A stretch of 64,000 bases of DNA from Candidatus Eiseniibacteriota bacterium. Lineage in GTDB: Bacteria > Eisenbacteria > RBG-16-71-46. The stretch lies in the NCBI GenBank assembly GCA_031370785.1, contig JANMQY010000090.1, positions 8,915 to 72,914 on the forward strand, given 5' to 3'. Below the pieces are notes generated by a model. It did not search any database. It was not told where the DNA came from and saw only the letters and a program-made list of their open reading frames with translations. Positions 39,517 to 54,758 of this stretch are shown here, one piece after another. Numbering within the stretch: the stretch's first letter is position 1; every line of letters begins with the position of its first letter. Position numbers and translations under genes: made by a program.

Positions 39517-41048
39517 CATGGCCGCGCGCCGCGCTGTTTTCGCTGAGCGACAAGGCCGGCGCGGCCGAGTTCGCGCGTGCGCTCGCCGCACGGGGCACGC
39601 GCATCATTGCTTCGGGCGGGACCGCGAAGCACCTTGCGGAGGCGGGCGTGAAGGTGACGCCGGTCGAGGAATGGACAGGATTCGGCGAGATGCTCGGCGG
39701 CCGCGTGAAGACGCTGCATCCGCACGTGCACGCGCCGATCCTCGCACGTCGCCGGGTTGCCGCCGACATGGAAGAGCTGAAACAGCGCAGGCTCGAGCCG
39801 ATCGATCTGGTGGCGGTGACGCTCTACCCGTTCGAGTCGCGCGCGGCCTCGCTCGATGAGGCGGGCGCAGTGGAGGAGATCGACATCGGCGGCGTCGCGC
39901 TGCTGCGCGGCGCGGCCAAGAACTTCGTCGATGTGATCGTGATCCACGAACCGGCGCGCTACGCCGAAGTGCTGGCGGCGCTCGAGAGCGCCGGCCCGAC
40001 TCTGGAGCAGCGCCGCACATGGGCGATGTCCACTTTCGCCCGCACCGCGCGCTACGACGCCGCGATCGCCGCGGACCTGGGCCGGCGCGCCGCGGCCCGA
40101 GACGCTGCGCCGCCGGTGCACGTCGTCGCGCTCGAGCGCGTCCGGCCATTGCGCTACGGCGAGAACCCGCATCAGAAGGCGGCACTCTACGCCCGGGCCG
40201 GGGAAGCTGCGGCGCTCGAAGCCTGGAAGGAAGGGAAGGAGCTCTCGTACAACAATCTGCTCGACCTGGAGGCCGCGGTCCGGCTGGTCTCGGAGTTCGA
40301 AGGCCCGGCATGCGTGATCGTGAAACACTGCCAGCCGTGTGGCGCGGCAAGCGCCGCCACGCTCGGCGAGGCATACGCCGCGGCGCTGCGAACCGATGAG
40401 CTCTCGGCGTTCGGCGGGATCGTCGCGTTCAATCGGGCGCTCGACGGCGCGACCGCGACCGAAGTGGCGAAGCAGTTTGTGGAATGTGTCGCAGCACCCG
40501 AGCTCTCGAACGGGGCCGCCGCGGCTTTCGCGCACAAGAAGAACGTGCGCCTGGTACGGCTTGCCGTGGATGCACTTGCGTCGCCAGACCCCTGGTCGGT
40601 GCGGCACGTCGGCAAGTGGGCGCTGCTGCAGCGCGAGGACCCGGCTCCTCCGCCTGCGTGGCGCAGCGTGACGAAGCGGGCGCCAGGCGAAGATGAGCTG
40701 CGCGCGCTGCGCTTCGCATGGTCGGTGGTGGGCGCGGCGAGATCGAATGCGATCGCGATCGCGCGTGGCACGGCGCTGATCGGCCTCGGCTCGGGGCAGA
40801 CCAGCCGGGTGGATGCGGTGGACGTCGCGCTGATGAAAGCGAAGCGCGCCGGATACGAGGTCAAAGGCGGGGCGCTCGCGAGTGACGGTTTCTTTCCGTT
40901 CGCCGACAATATCGAGCACGCCGCGGAAGCCGGCATCACCGCGATCGCGCAGCCGGGCGGCTCGATGCGCGACGCGGAAGTAGTCGAGGCCTGCGACCGG
41001 CACCGCATCGCGATGATGTTTACCGACCGAAGGGTGTTCAGGCACTGA
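39513..41048 (+). CDS. purH: Bifunctional AICAR transformylase / IMP cyclohydrolase
   Basis: ALFSLSDKAG...IIASGGTAKHL...RVKTLHPHVHAPILAR (MGS-like), then the AICARFT domain. Overlaps the purC stop. Confidence 0.9.
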   Translation: MTWPRAALFSLSDKAGAAEFARALAARGTRIIASGGTAKHLAEAGVKVTPVEEWTGFGEMLGGRVKTLHPHVHAPILARRRVAADMEELKQRRLEPIDLVAVTLYPFESRAASLDEAGAVEEIDIGGVALLRGAAKNFVDVIVIHEPARYAEVLAALESAGPTLEQRRTWAMSTFARTARYDAAIAADLGRRAAARDAAPPVHVVALERVRPLRYGENPHQKAALYARAGEAAALEAWKEGKELSYNNLLDLEAAVRLVSEFEGPACVIVKHCQPCGAASAATLGEAYAAALRTDELSAFGGIVAFNRALDGATATEVAKQFVECVAAPELSNGAAAAFAHKKNVRLVRLAVDALASPDPWSVRHVGKWALLQREDPAPPPAWRSVTKRAPGEDELRALRFAWSVVGAARSNAIAIARGTALIGLGSGQTSRVDAVDVALMKAKRAGYEVKGGALASDGFFPFADNIEHAAEAGITAIAQPGGSMRDAEVVEACDRHRIAMMFTDRRVFRH

Positions 41049-41052
41049 GACC

Positions 41053-42591
41053 ATGCCCCGCGAACTCGTCCTCATCCTCGATTTTGGCTCGCAGTATACG
41101 CAGCTGATCGCGCGTCGCGTGCGCGAGCTCGGCGTGTACTCGGAGGTCGTTCCCGGCAATACGCTGATCGACGAGATCCGCGCGAAGCGTCCGAGCGCGC
41201 TGATCCTCGGCGGCTCGCCGGCGTCGGGCTATCGCGCCGAGGCGCCCATGCCCGATCCCGCCATCTACGCCCTCGGGAAACCGCTGCTCGGGATCTGCTA
41301 CGGCTTTCAGGCCACGCAGCAGCTCATGGGCGGAAAGGTGGCGAAGGCCGAGCGCGCGGAATACGGAACCGCGACGTTCGTGCAGGACGGCCGCTCGCCG
41401 CTGTTCGCCGGAGTGCCGAAGCGGTTTCGTGCGTGGATGAGTCACGGCGACGAGGTGCAGGCGCTGGGGCCGGAATGGAAGAAGCGCGCGCACACTTCCA
41501 ACAGCGCGTTCGCCGCGGCCCAGCACGTGAAGCTGCCCTTCTTCCTGATCCAGTTCCACGCCGAAGTCGAGCACTCGCCTTACGGCAGGAAGGTTTTGCA
41601 CAACTTCCTCTTCAGGATTGCCCGCCTCAAGGGCGGCTGGAGCATGAAGAGCTTCCTCAGGCGAGCGCTCGCCGACATCCGCGCCCAGGTGGGCGAAGGA
41701 CGCATCCTGTGCGGGCTTTCCGGCGGGGTCGACAGCACCGTGGTCGCGACACTGTGTCACCGCGCGGTTGGGACACGCCTTTACTGCGTGCTGGTCGACC
41801 ACGGCCTCTTGAGGGAGGGCGAGGCCGAGCAGGTGGCGCTCGAGCTGGGCGCGAAGCGCCGTCTCAACGTCACCGTGGTCAATGCGCGCGAACGATTTCT
41901 TTCCAGGCTCGCGGGTGTCGTCGACCCGGAACAGAAACGCAGGATCATTGGCGCCGAATTCATCGCGGTGTTCGAGGAAGAGGCGAAGAAGATCGGTGCG
42001 GTCGAGTTCCTCGCGCAGGGCACGCTCTATCCCGACGTGATCGAGAGCGCATCGGCGGGCTGGGGCGCGCAGGTGATCAAGACCCATCACAACGTCGGCG
42101 GCCTGCCCGAGCGCATGAACCTGAAGCTGGTCGAGCCGCTGCGCTGGCTGTTCAAGGACGAAGTGCGCGAGCTCGGGCGCGAGCTGGGCTTGCCGGATCA
42201 CCTCGTGGACCGACATCCGTTTCCGGGGCCGGGGCTCGCGGTTCGCACGCTGGGTGCGGTCGAGCCGCGCGACCTCGAGATCCTGCGCAAGGCCGACGCG
42301 ATCTTCATCGAGGAGTTGCGCCGCGCGAAATGGTACGGCCGCACCTGGCAGGCGTTCGCGGTGCTGCTGCCGATTCAGACGGTCGGGGTCAAGGGCGACG
42401 AGCGCTCCTACGAAAAAGTGATCGCGCTGCGTGCGGTCAACAGCTCGGACGGCATGACCGCGGACTGGACGCGCCTGCCGGCTTCGGTGCTGGCGCGCGC
42501 GGCGAGCCGCATCGCGAATGAAGTGCGCGGCGTCAATCGCGTGGTGTACGACTGCACCAGCAAGCCGCCGGCGACCATCGAGTGGGAGTGA
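41053..42591 (+). CDS. guaA: GMP synthase (glutamine-hydrolysing)
   Basis: GATase (ILDFGSQYTQLIARRVRELGVYSE...GICYGFQ), then the ATP-PPase SGGVDS P-loop, then the C-terminal dimerisation domain. Confidence 0.9.
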   Translation: MPRELVLILDFGSQYTQLIARRVRELGVYSEVVPGNTLIDEIRAKRPSALILGGSPASGYRAEAPMPDPAIYALGKPLLGICYGFQATQQLMGGKVAKAERAEYGTATFVQDGRSPLFAGVPKRFRAWMSHGDEVQALGPEWKKRAHTSNSAFAAAQHVKLPFFLIQFHAEVEHSPYGRKVLHNFLFRIARLKGGWSMKSFLRRALADIRAQVGEGRILCGLSGGVDSTVVATLCHRAVGTRLYCVLVDHGLLREGEAEQVALELGAKRRLNVTVVNARERFLSRLAGVVDPEQKRRIIGAEFIAVFEEEAKKIGAVEFLAQGTLYPDVIESASAGWGAQVIKTHHNVGGLPERMNLKLVEPLRWLFKDEVRELGRELGLPDHLVDRHPFPGPGLAVRTLGAVEPRDLEILRKADAIFIEELRRAKWYGRTWQAFAVLLPIQTVGVKGDERSYEKVIALRAVNSSDGMTADWTRLPASVLARAASRIANEVRGVNRVVYDCTSKPPATIEWE

Positions 42592-42596
42592 GCGGG

Positions 42597-44792
42597 ATGC
42601 GCATTCACGCGTGGCTTCTGGCGATTGCGCTGGCGCTCGCGTCGGCCTCGTGTGGCGGTACCGCGAAGCGCGGGCCGGCCCCGCTCGACGCCGCTCGGGA
42701 CAGCGTGAGGCTGCGCGCGATCGCCGACAGCATCCAGACACGCGGGCGCGCCTCGCTTGCTGCGCGGCGCTTCGTCACCCGGCTCGGTGCCCCGCGCGCC
42801 GACCGCGGAACCGACCATCTGTTCTGGACGCCCGAGACGCTCGAGGTCGCGCCGCGCCTTCGCGCTTGGGCGATCGCGCTCGGGCCCTCGGCGACTCCGA
42901 GCGATCAGGACAGCGCGAGAGCCTGGCGCGCACTGGTGGCGGATCCGGCGCTGCGCCCGTTCGCGCTGCTGCGCTTCGCAGCCTCGGCGCTCGCGGCGCG
43001 CGACACGATCACCGCCGACTCGCTGTGGGGCGTACTCGCCTCGGAGGATGGGATCTGGACGTGGGAGGCGCTGCGCGCGCGCAGCAATCTCGGGCTGGCG
43101 CGCGGGGACACCGCGCGCGCCGACAGCCTGCTGCGCGACGCCGACCGCGAGTCGTGGCCCGACGTCGAGCGCGCGGCGTGGCTGATCCGGCGCACGGTGC
43201 TGCTCACCACGCTCGGCGACACCGCCGAGGCCGCGACGTTCGCGCGCCAGGCGCTGCGCCGCTATCCGGCGATCTCGGTCACGGTGCAGGCCACCAGCGC
43301 GCTCGAGCGCATCGCCGCGGCGCGCGGGGACTCGCTCGATCCTGAGGATCAGCGCCTGGCGGCCGAGGTCGACTACTACCGCCTCGATCGCGCGTCTGCG
43401 ATGCGGCGTCTGGCGCGCGCCTTCGCCGAGTGGCGTGGCGCGGATCGCTGGCGCGTGGCGCTGCGCCTCGGCGAGGTCGCGCGGCTCGCGAAGCGTTTCC
43501 CGGATGCGCTGGCCGCGCTCGACAGCGCGCGGCGCGTCGCGCCCGACGCCGAGGCGCGCGCGCGCTGTGCGCTCGAGCGCGGGCGCGTGCTGCGCGACTC
43601 GGGCGATCCGGAGGCTTCATTCCGGGCTTACGCGCTGGCCGCGACCCTGGCGACCGATCCGGACACGCGCGAGTCGGCGGTGTGGGAGAGGGCGCGCGAG
43701 GAGGAGGAGCAGCAGCGCTGGAAACCCGCGCGAACGCATTACGCGCAGGTAATCTCGTTCGGGCAACGTCGCGCCGACGAAGCCGCGCTGCGACTCGGCG
43801 TGCTCTGGTACCGGGAGGGCCGGCGGGAGCGCGCGCTTGCGAGCTGGACGCTCGGCGATTCCGAGGCGCTGCGCTTCTGGCGTGCGATCGCGCGACGCGC
43901 GGCGCGCCCCGACTCGACCAGCGCCGCGCTCGAGTCGATCGCGGCCCTGCCCGGCTACGGCTTCTATCGTGCGTCGGCGCGCGAGTCGCTCGGAATCCAC
44001 GCCGCCGCGGCGCTGCCCGATTCCGTCGCGCCGGCCACCATCGATTCGACGACTCCGGCCGCGTTGCGCCTGGCGGCGGATCTGGTCAGCGCCGGCCTCA
44101 TCGACGGCGCGCTCTCGCTTCTCCAGCGCTTCACGGCCGGCGATCGACGGCTGGCGGGCCCGGTGCCGCCGCGGCGCGATGCGCTGCTCATCGCCTCGCG
44201 GCTCGCGTACCAGTGCGGCGCGATTCCGACCGGCATTCGTCTCGCGGAGCGCGCGCTCGGCATCGCCGGCCCGGACGTCGCGGTCGCGAGACGAATCGTC
44301 CCGTGGCTCTATCCGCCCGGAATCGAGTCGATCACGGACTCGCCAGCCGACTCGTTCGCGAAGGAGGTCGAGCCCGCGCTTCTGGAAGCGGTGGCGTGGA
44401 AGGAGAGCAAGTTCGATACGACCGCGCGCTCGAGAAGCGGCGCGCGCGGAGTGGTGCAGCTGATGCCGGCGACCGCGGCGACGCTCGCGCGGCGCCTCGG
44501 GCTCGCGGTGCCGGGCGACAGCTCGCTCGGAGATCCGCGCCTCGGGCTCCGGCTCGGCGCCGCCGAGCTCGCGCTTCAGATCGCGCGCTTCAACGGAAGC
44601 GTGCCGCTCGCGCTCGCCGCGTACAACGCCGGCCCCGACGCCGCGGCGCGCTGGGGCGATGCGGCGAAGGGCGTTGGCGATGCGCTGACCTGCGAGCTGA
44701 TCGCCTACCCGGAGACGCAGGATTACGTGAAGGTCATCGTCGGCCTGCGCCAGGCGTACCGCGATTTCCGGCCGAGACTGGGGCCTGAGTAG
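42597..44792 (+). CDS. slt: Soluble lytic murein transglycosylase (Slt70-like) lipoprotein
   Basis: Lipobox LALASASCGG, a long alpha-superhelical region, and a C-terminal SLT domain (EAVAWKESKFDTTARSRSGARGVVQLMPATA...AYNAGP). Confidence 0.8.
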   Translation: MRIHAWLLAIALALASASCGGTAKRGPAPLDAARDSVRLRAIADSIQTRGRASLAARRFVTRLGAPRADRGTDHLFWTPETLEVAPRLRAWAIALGPSATPSDQDSARAWRALVADPALRPFALLRFAASALAARDTITADSLWGVLASEDGIWTWEALRARSNLGLARGDTARADSLLRDADRESWPDVERAAWLIRRTVLLTTLGDTAEAATFARQALRRYPAISVTVQATSALERIAAARGDSLDPEDQRLAAEVDYYRLDRASAMRRLARAFAEWRGADRWRVALRLGEVARLAKRFPDALAALDSARRVAPDAEARARCALERGRVLRDSGDPEASFRAYALAATLATDPDTRESAVWERAREEEEQQRWKPARTHYAQVISFGQRRADEAALRLGVLWYREGRRERALASWTLGDSEALRFWRAIARRAARPDSTSAALESIAALPGYGFYRASARESLGIHAAAALPDSVAPATIDSTTPAALRLAADLVSAGLIDGALSLLQRFTAGDRRLAGPVPPRRDALLIASRLAYQCGAIPTGIRLAERALGIAGPDVAVARRIVPWLYPPGIESITDSPADSFAKEVEPALLEAVAWKESKFDTTARSRSGARGVVQLMPATAATLARRLGLAVPGDSSLGDPRLGLRLGAAELALQIARFNGSVPLALAAYNAGPDAAARWGDAAKGVGDALTCELIAYPETQDYVKVIVGLRQAYRDFRPRLGPE

Positions 44793-44858
44793 GATGCGGA
44801 CACGCCTCCCGACCAGTCCGCGCTCCCTGCCGGCCCCCGCCCCCTATAAGATGTAGAC

Positions 44859-45512
44859 GTGCCCGCCACCAGCCCCTCGCCTCCGGACCCGCTCAAGCCG
44901 CTTCGCTCGCGAAGCTGGCTCACCGAGGCGCGCCGCAAGGCGATCCACCTCTCGTTCATCATCCTTCCACTGGAGCTGCTGTTCGAGACCCTGCCGTGGC
45001 CGCGTGGCAAGAGCCAGTGGAGACTGGCGCTGATCGTGGCCTGCGTTGGGGCGATCACGCTCGACCTGCTGCGCATCCACGAACGGAAGGTGAAGCAGTT
45101 CTTCAAGACCTTCTTCGGCGGTCTGATCCGCGAGCACGAACACTTCGGCCTGCTCGGCTCGACCTACCTGTTGATCGCCGCCCTGCTCGCGGTCGAGATC
45201 TTTCCGCGCGAGGTCGCGGCCGCAGCAATCGGGTTCACCGTGCTCGGAGATGCGTTCGCGGCCATGGTCGGCAAGGCGTGGGGGCGGACCCCGTTCTTTC
45301 GCAAGTCACTGGAAGGCACCGCGGGCGGACTGGTGGCGTGCCTGGCGTGGGCGGCGGCGCTGGCGCTCGAGGGGCGACTGCCCTGGCACGTCGCGATCGC
45401 CGGAGCTCTTGTCGCAAGTCTGGTCGAGCTCCTGCCGATACCACTGGACGACAACCTCGGCATGACGCTGATCGCCGGGTACACCATGAAGCTCCTGATC
45501 GCACCCTCATGA
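44859..45512 (+). CDS. CTP-dependent membrane transferase (CdsA / dolichol kinase / DGK1-like family)
   Basis: 217 aa with 5-6 TM helices. C-terminal LEGTAGGLVACL...GDAFAAMVGK resembles the CDP-alcohol/CTP-transferase_1 signature. GTG start. Confidence 0.55.
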   Translation: MPATSPSPPDPLKPLRSRSWLTEARRKAIHLSFIILPLELLFETLPWPRGKSQWRLALIVACVGAITLDLLRIHERKVKQFFKTFFGGLIREHEHFGLLGSTYLLIAALLAVEIFPREVAAAAIGFTVLGDAFAAMVGKAWGRTPFFRKSLEGTAGGLVACLAWAAALALEGRLPWHVAIAGALVASLVELLPIPLDDNLGMTLIAGYTMKLLIAPS

Positions 45513-46432
45513 GCCCACGACCGATCGAACCCGAGACACCCGACCTCGAACCCGCCCTCAGCCTGTCGCGCGACGGCCGACATGCCGAGGCGCTCGACTG
45601 GCTGAGCACGCGCGCCCGCGATGCCCGCGATAGCAGTCGCTGGGTCGGCGCCGCGGTGCAGGCCTACGCGCGCGTCGCGCGTTCCGCCGCGACCGCCGGG
45701 GACGCCGAGACCGCCGAGCGCGCGCTGCGCGAGGCGCTCCGCCTCAAGCCCGGCTACGCCGATCTGCACCTGCAGCTCGCGACCGTGCTGCTCGCGCGGC
45801 AGCGCCGTCCCGATGCGCGCCGTGCGCTGGAAGCGGCGCTCAGGATCCATCCGCGCTATCTGGCGGCGCGCGTCGAGATGGCATTGCTGGATGCAAGCGA
45901 AGGGCGCATCGGCGAGGCGCTCGCCTCGCTGCATGACGTGGAGCGCGACTCCAAGATCGACGAGCCGCTCGCCTTCCAGCAGGGAATCAAGAGCCTCGAG
46001 CGTGCCGACTGGGATGGCGCGGGCACGCTGTTCCGCCGCGCGCTGCGCGGCTCCGATCCGGAGCTCGATCGGGCACTCGATCGGTTCCGCGTGCTGCTCG
46101 CCGATGGCGCGATCGAGCGCGCCGCCCAGGTGCTCCGCGAGATCCTGCCCCAGTACCAGAGCTACCCCGACCTGCACGCCATGCTCGGGGCGGCCGAATT
46201 GCGCCTGGGGCACGCCGACGACGCCCTGGCCTCGCTCGCTCGCGCTCTCGAGCTCAATCCGGACTATCACGACGCGCGCCTTCATTTCGCGCGCGCTCTC
46301 GATGCGCTCGGCTCCCGCGGCCAGGCCAGCGAGCAGGTTCAGCTGGTTCTGCAGCGCGATCCCGAGCACGGCGCGGCGCGCGAGCTGCTCGAACACTGGT
46401 CCGCGCGGGGGCGGAGCGCGGCGAGCCGCTGA
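45509..46432 (+). CDS. TPR repeat protein
   Basis: 307 aa of tandem TPR-like helices (...LKPGYADLHLQLATVLLARQRRPDARRALEAALRIHP...). ATG overlaps the stop of the upstream membrane gene. Confidence 0.65.
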   Translation: MSPRPIEPETPDLEPALSLSRDGRHAEALDWLSTRARDARDSSRWVGAAVQAYARVARSAATAGDAETAERALREALRLKPGYADLHLQLATVLLARQRRPDARRALEAALRIHPRYLAARVEMALLDASEGRIGEALASLHDVERDSKIDEPLAFQQGIKSLERADWDGAGTLFRRALRGSDPELDRALDRFRVLLADGAIERAAQVLREILPQYQSYPDLHAMLGAAELRLGHADDALASLARALELNPDYHDARLHFARALDALGSRGQASEQVQLVLQRDPEHGAARELLEHWSARGRSAASR

Positions 46433-46537
46433 ATCCCGGAGCGTATTGGCTCTTGACCGCGGGCGCGCATCGTTTCACTCTGTGGTCGTTCTCGGGCGCG
46501 ATTGAAAACCCTAGGCCAATACCAGGGAGGACCATTC

Positions 46538-46738
46538 ATGGCGATTGGCACCGTCAAGTGGTTCAATGATCATCGCGGATACGGATTCATCACGGCGGAG
46601 GGCACGGAGGTGTTCGTGCATCACTCCGCGATCGAAGGCCACGGCTTTCGCACTCTTCATGAAGGTGAACAAGTAGAGTTCGAGCTGAAGACGAGCGAGC
46701 GAGGGGCCGAGGCCGCCCACGTCACCCGTATTTCTTGA
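46538..46738 (+). CDS. cspA: Cold-shock protein (CspA family)
   Basis: MAIGTVKWFNDHRGYGFITAEGTEVFVHHSAI with RNP1/RNP2 motifs. AGGGAGG RBS. Confidence 0.9.
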   Translation: MAIGTVKWFNDHRGYGFITAEGTEVFVHHSAIEGHGFRTLHEGEQVEFELKTSERGAEAAHVTRIS

Positions 46739-46759
46739 GTTCCAGTCGCCCGAGACCTC

Positions 46760-46795
46760 GCGGCCCGATGCTTCGCATCGGGCCGCGTCGTTTGG
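46760..46795 (+). terminator. Rho-independent terminator after cspA
   Basis: 11-bp perfect stem gcggcccgatg-cttcg-catcgggccgc, followed by gtcgtttgg. Confidence 0.5.
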
Positions 46796-46895
46796 CATCT
46801 GATAGGTCGCTGCCGGTCCGCCCCACCCGGAGTGAACCCTTCCCGCGGCGCCCCGCCGAACCCCTGCGCTTGACACAACCTCTATCCTGAGGCCC

Positions 46896-49858
<2,963 letters not shown>

Positions 49859-49862
<4 letters not shown>

Positions 49863-50318
49863 ACGAGAGGCGAACCGACGACGCGGTGGGCCGGATCCTG
49901 CGGCTGTTTGCCGAACGGCTCGAGAGCTATCTGGACGGTGACGAGCTGGCATTCGAGACGCTGGGCGAGTGCATCGAGGAAGGCCAGTTCAGCGCGGACG
50001 ACGTGCAGAGCGCTCTGTGGGTGCTGCGCGGACTCGGCAACGAGGTGGCCGGCGGCGGCGAGGCAGCGGTCGAGAATGTGCCGGGCAAGTACGCCCAGCG
50101 CGTGCTCAGCGCCGAGGAGCGAGAATCGGTGAGTCCCGAAGCCTGGGGCTACCTCATCGATCTGAACCGCCGCGGCGCGCTCAACTCGGAGCAGTACGAG
50201 CGGGTTCTGGACCTGCTGGTCGGCAGCGGCGTGCGTCCGGTGGACGTCGACCTGGCGCGTGAAGTGGCCTCGCGTGTGGCCCTCGAAGGCAACGAATCGG
50301 ACCGCGGAGAGATCGTGC

Positions 50319-50344
<26 letters not shown>
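49859..50344 (+). CDS. smg: Smg protein (DUF494)
   Basis: 161 aa. Architecture and conserved positions parallel E. coli Smg (ALWVL vs ALLWL; [22 protein letters not shown] vs [22 protein letters not shown]). ATG overlaps the secA stop. Confidence 0.7.
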
Positions 50345-52815
<2,471 letters not shown>

Positions 52816-52823
<8 letters not shown>

Positions 52824-53706
52824 CGCGCTCGATCGCTTCCTGAGCGAGTTCGCGGCCCAGCGCCGTGGCTCGCCGCATACGATCTCTGCGTACCGCCGTG
52901 ACGTGACCCGCGTACTCGACGTGTGCGCGGGAACGGGCAACCCGGTCGCACCGGAAGAATGGACGCGCGAAGTTCTCGAACGTGCGCTGCGCGACCTGTA
53001 TCGCACCGGCCACAGTGCCGCGAGCGCCGCCCGTGCCCTCGCCGCGTGGCGCAGCTTCTCGAAATTCTGCGTACGCCGCGGCGTGCTGAGCGTGGATCCC
53101 GCGCGCACCCTCGCGTTTCCGCGCCTGCCGCGCCGGCTTCCGCGCACGCTGCCGGTCCACGATCTCGAGAAGGCGCTCGATGAGTTGGCCAGATCTGGCG
53201 TGGGCCCGGGCGCACCGCGCGATCGCGCGCTGCTCGAGGTGGCGTATTCGTCCGGGCTGCGCGTCAGCGAGCTGACCGGGCTCAATCGCGGCGATGTGGA
53301 TCGTGGCGCTCGCCTGCTGCGCGTGCGCGGCAAGGGCCGCCGCGAGCGCATCGTGCCGATCGGAGTCTCGGCGCTCGGGGCGCTCGACGCCTACCTCGCC
53401 TCGGACCGGCGGACCGCGGGGCGCGGCGATGAGCCGGTGTTCCTCGGAGCGCGAGGCGTCCGGCTCTCGAACCGCACCGTGCAGCGCGTGGTGCGCCTGC
53501 GCCTCGGCCAGGTGGCGGCCGGGCTCGGGGTCACGCCGCATGCGCTGCGCCATTCGTTCGCCAGCCATCTGCTCGATCGCGGCGCGGACCTGCGCGCCAT
53601 CCAGGAGCTGCTCGGCCATCGCTCGCTGACCAGCACGCAGGTGTACACGCACGTCTCGACCGCGCGCCTGCGCAAGGCCTACCAGCAGGCGCATCCGCGC
53701 GCGTGA
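52816..53706 (+). CDS. xerC: Tyrosine recombinase XerC/XerD family
   Basis: The R..H..R..Y catalytic pattern is present: LEVAYSSGLRVSEL, HALRHSFASHLL, LLGHRSLTSTQVYTHV. GTG overlaps the topA stop. Linkage to dapF mirrors the E. coli dapF-xerC neighbourhood. Confidence 0.85.
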
Positions 53707-54758
53707 ACTCCCGGCGCCGCTTCGCTCTCGTCGCTATGAGCGCGCTCGCCGCGCTCGTGTCGGCAGGCTGCGCCAAGCGCGAGCCGCCCTCCGGGGGACC
53801 GCCCGACCTCGAGCCTCCGCGGGTCATTTCCTCGTTCCCGGATTCGGGCGCGGCCGGCGTGCCGCGCGATGCCCACTTGTCGCTGACGTTCAGCGAAGGC
53901 ATGGAGCCGCGCTCCACCGGAGATGCGGTGGCGCTCGCCCCGCGGGTCGAGATCCGGCAGCGCCGCTGGAGCGGTCGAACGCTCACCGTGGTGCTGGCGG
54001 AGCCACTCAAGGTGCCGCAGACCTACACTCTCTTCCTCGGCTCGGGCGCGACCGACCGCCACGGCAATCGCATCGAGAACGGGCGCACCCTGGTGTTCAG
54101 CACCGCCGACAGTTTTCCGCGCGGGGTGATCGCGGGTGAGGTCGAGGCGCGGGGCTTCACCGCCGGCGGCATCTACCTGTGGTGCTATTCGGGCGAGCGA
54201 AAGCCCGATTCGACCGCGCGCGATTTCGACGCGCTCGGCGTGACCGATGTCAACGGCCACTTCCGGGTGGCCGGGCTTCCGGTGCCCGCGCGCTATCGGG
54301 TGTGGGCGTTCGCGGATCTCAATTACAACCGCTCGTTCGAGCCGCTGATCGACGTGCTCGCACCGGTCGACACGGTGTTCGATCTGACCGAGGCGCATCC
54401 GCAGGCGAGCAGCATTCACGTGGTCGTGGTCAATCCGCGCGCGCCTGGGAGGGTCCGGGGCGCTGTGCTAGACTCGCTCGCGGACACTCTCGGCGTGGTG
54501 CGCGTCACCGCAGCGGCTCGATCCGACAGCACTCGCACGCTGCTGTTCGACGTCGACTCAGGCCGCCTGTTCGACCTGCTCCTCGCGCCCGGAACCTGGC
54601 GGATTCGCGCATTCCGCGACCTCGACAAGAGCCGGAGCTGGCAGAGCGCACTCGAGCCGGCGAGCGACATGCTCGAGGTGGTCGTGCCGCCGGCCGGCGA
54701 CGTCGTCGGCGTGAAGCTGATGCTGAAACGCCCGCCGGGGCGAGCGGAGCATCCATGA
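53703..54758 (+). CDS. Lipoprotein with Ig-like and carboxypeptidase-regulatory-like beta-sandwich domains
   Basis: Lipobox LVSAGC, then SbsA-type Ig-like (PRVISSFPDSGAAGVPRDAHLSLTFSEGM), then CarbopepD_reg-like (VIAGEVEARGFTAGGIYLW...DVNGHFRVAGLP...YRVWAFADLN). GTG overlaps the xerC stop. Confidence 0.6.
   Translation: MNSRRRFALVAMSALAALVSAGCAKREPPSGGPPDLEPPRVISSFPDSGAAGVPRDAHLSLTFSEGMEPRSTGDAVALAPRVEIRQRRWSGRTLTVVLAEPLKVPQTYTLFLGSGATDRHGNRIENGRTLVFSTADSFPRGVIAGEVEARGFTAGGIYLWCYSGERKPDSTARDFDALGVTDVNGHFRVAGLPVPARYRVWAFADLNYNRSFEPLIDVLAPVDTVFDLTEAHPQASSIHVVVVNPRAPGRVRGAVLDSLADTLGVVRVTAAARSDSTRTLLFDVDSGRLFDLLLAPGTWRIRAFRDLDKSRSWQSALEPASDMLEVVVPPAGDVVGVKLMLKRPPGRAEHP

Noticed and set aside
46869-46874. 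Perfect TTGACA hexamer 22 nt upstream of the secA start codon
   Set aside because: It is too close to the ATG and to the GAGG RBS to leave room for a spacer, -10 element and leader. There is no acceptable -10 at 16-19 nt. It is probably a chance hexamer inside the 5' UTR.
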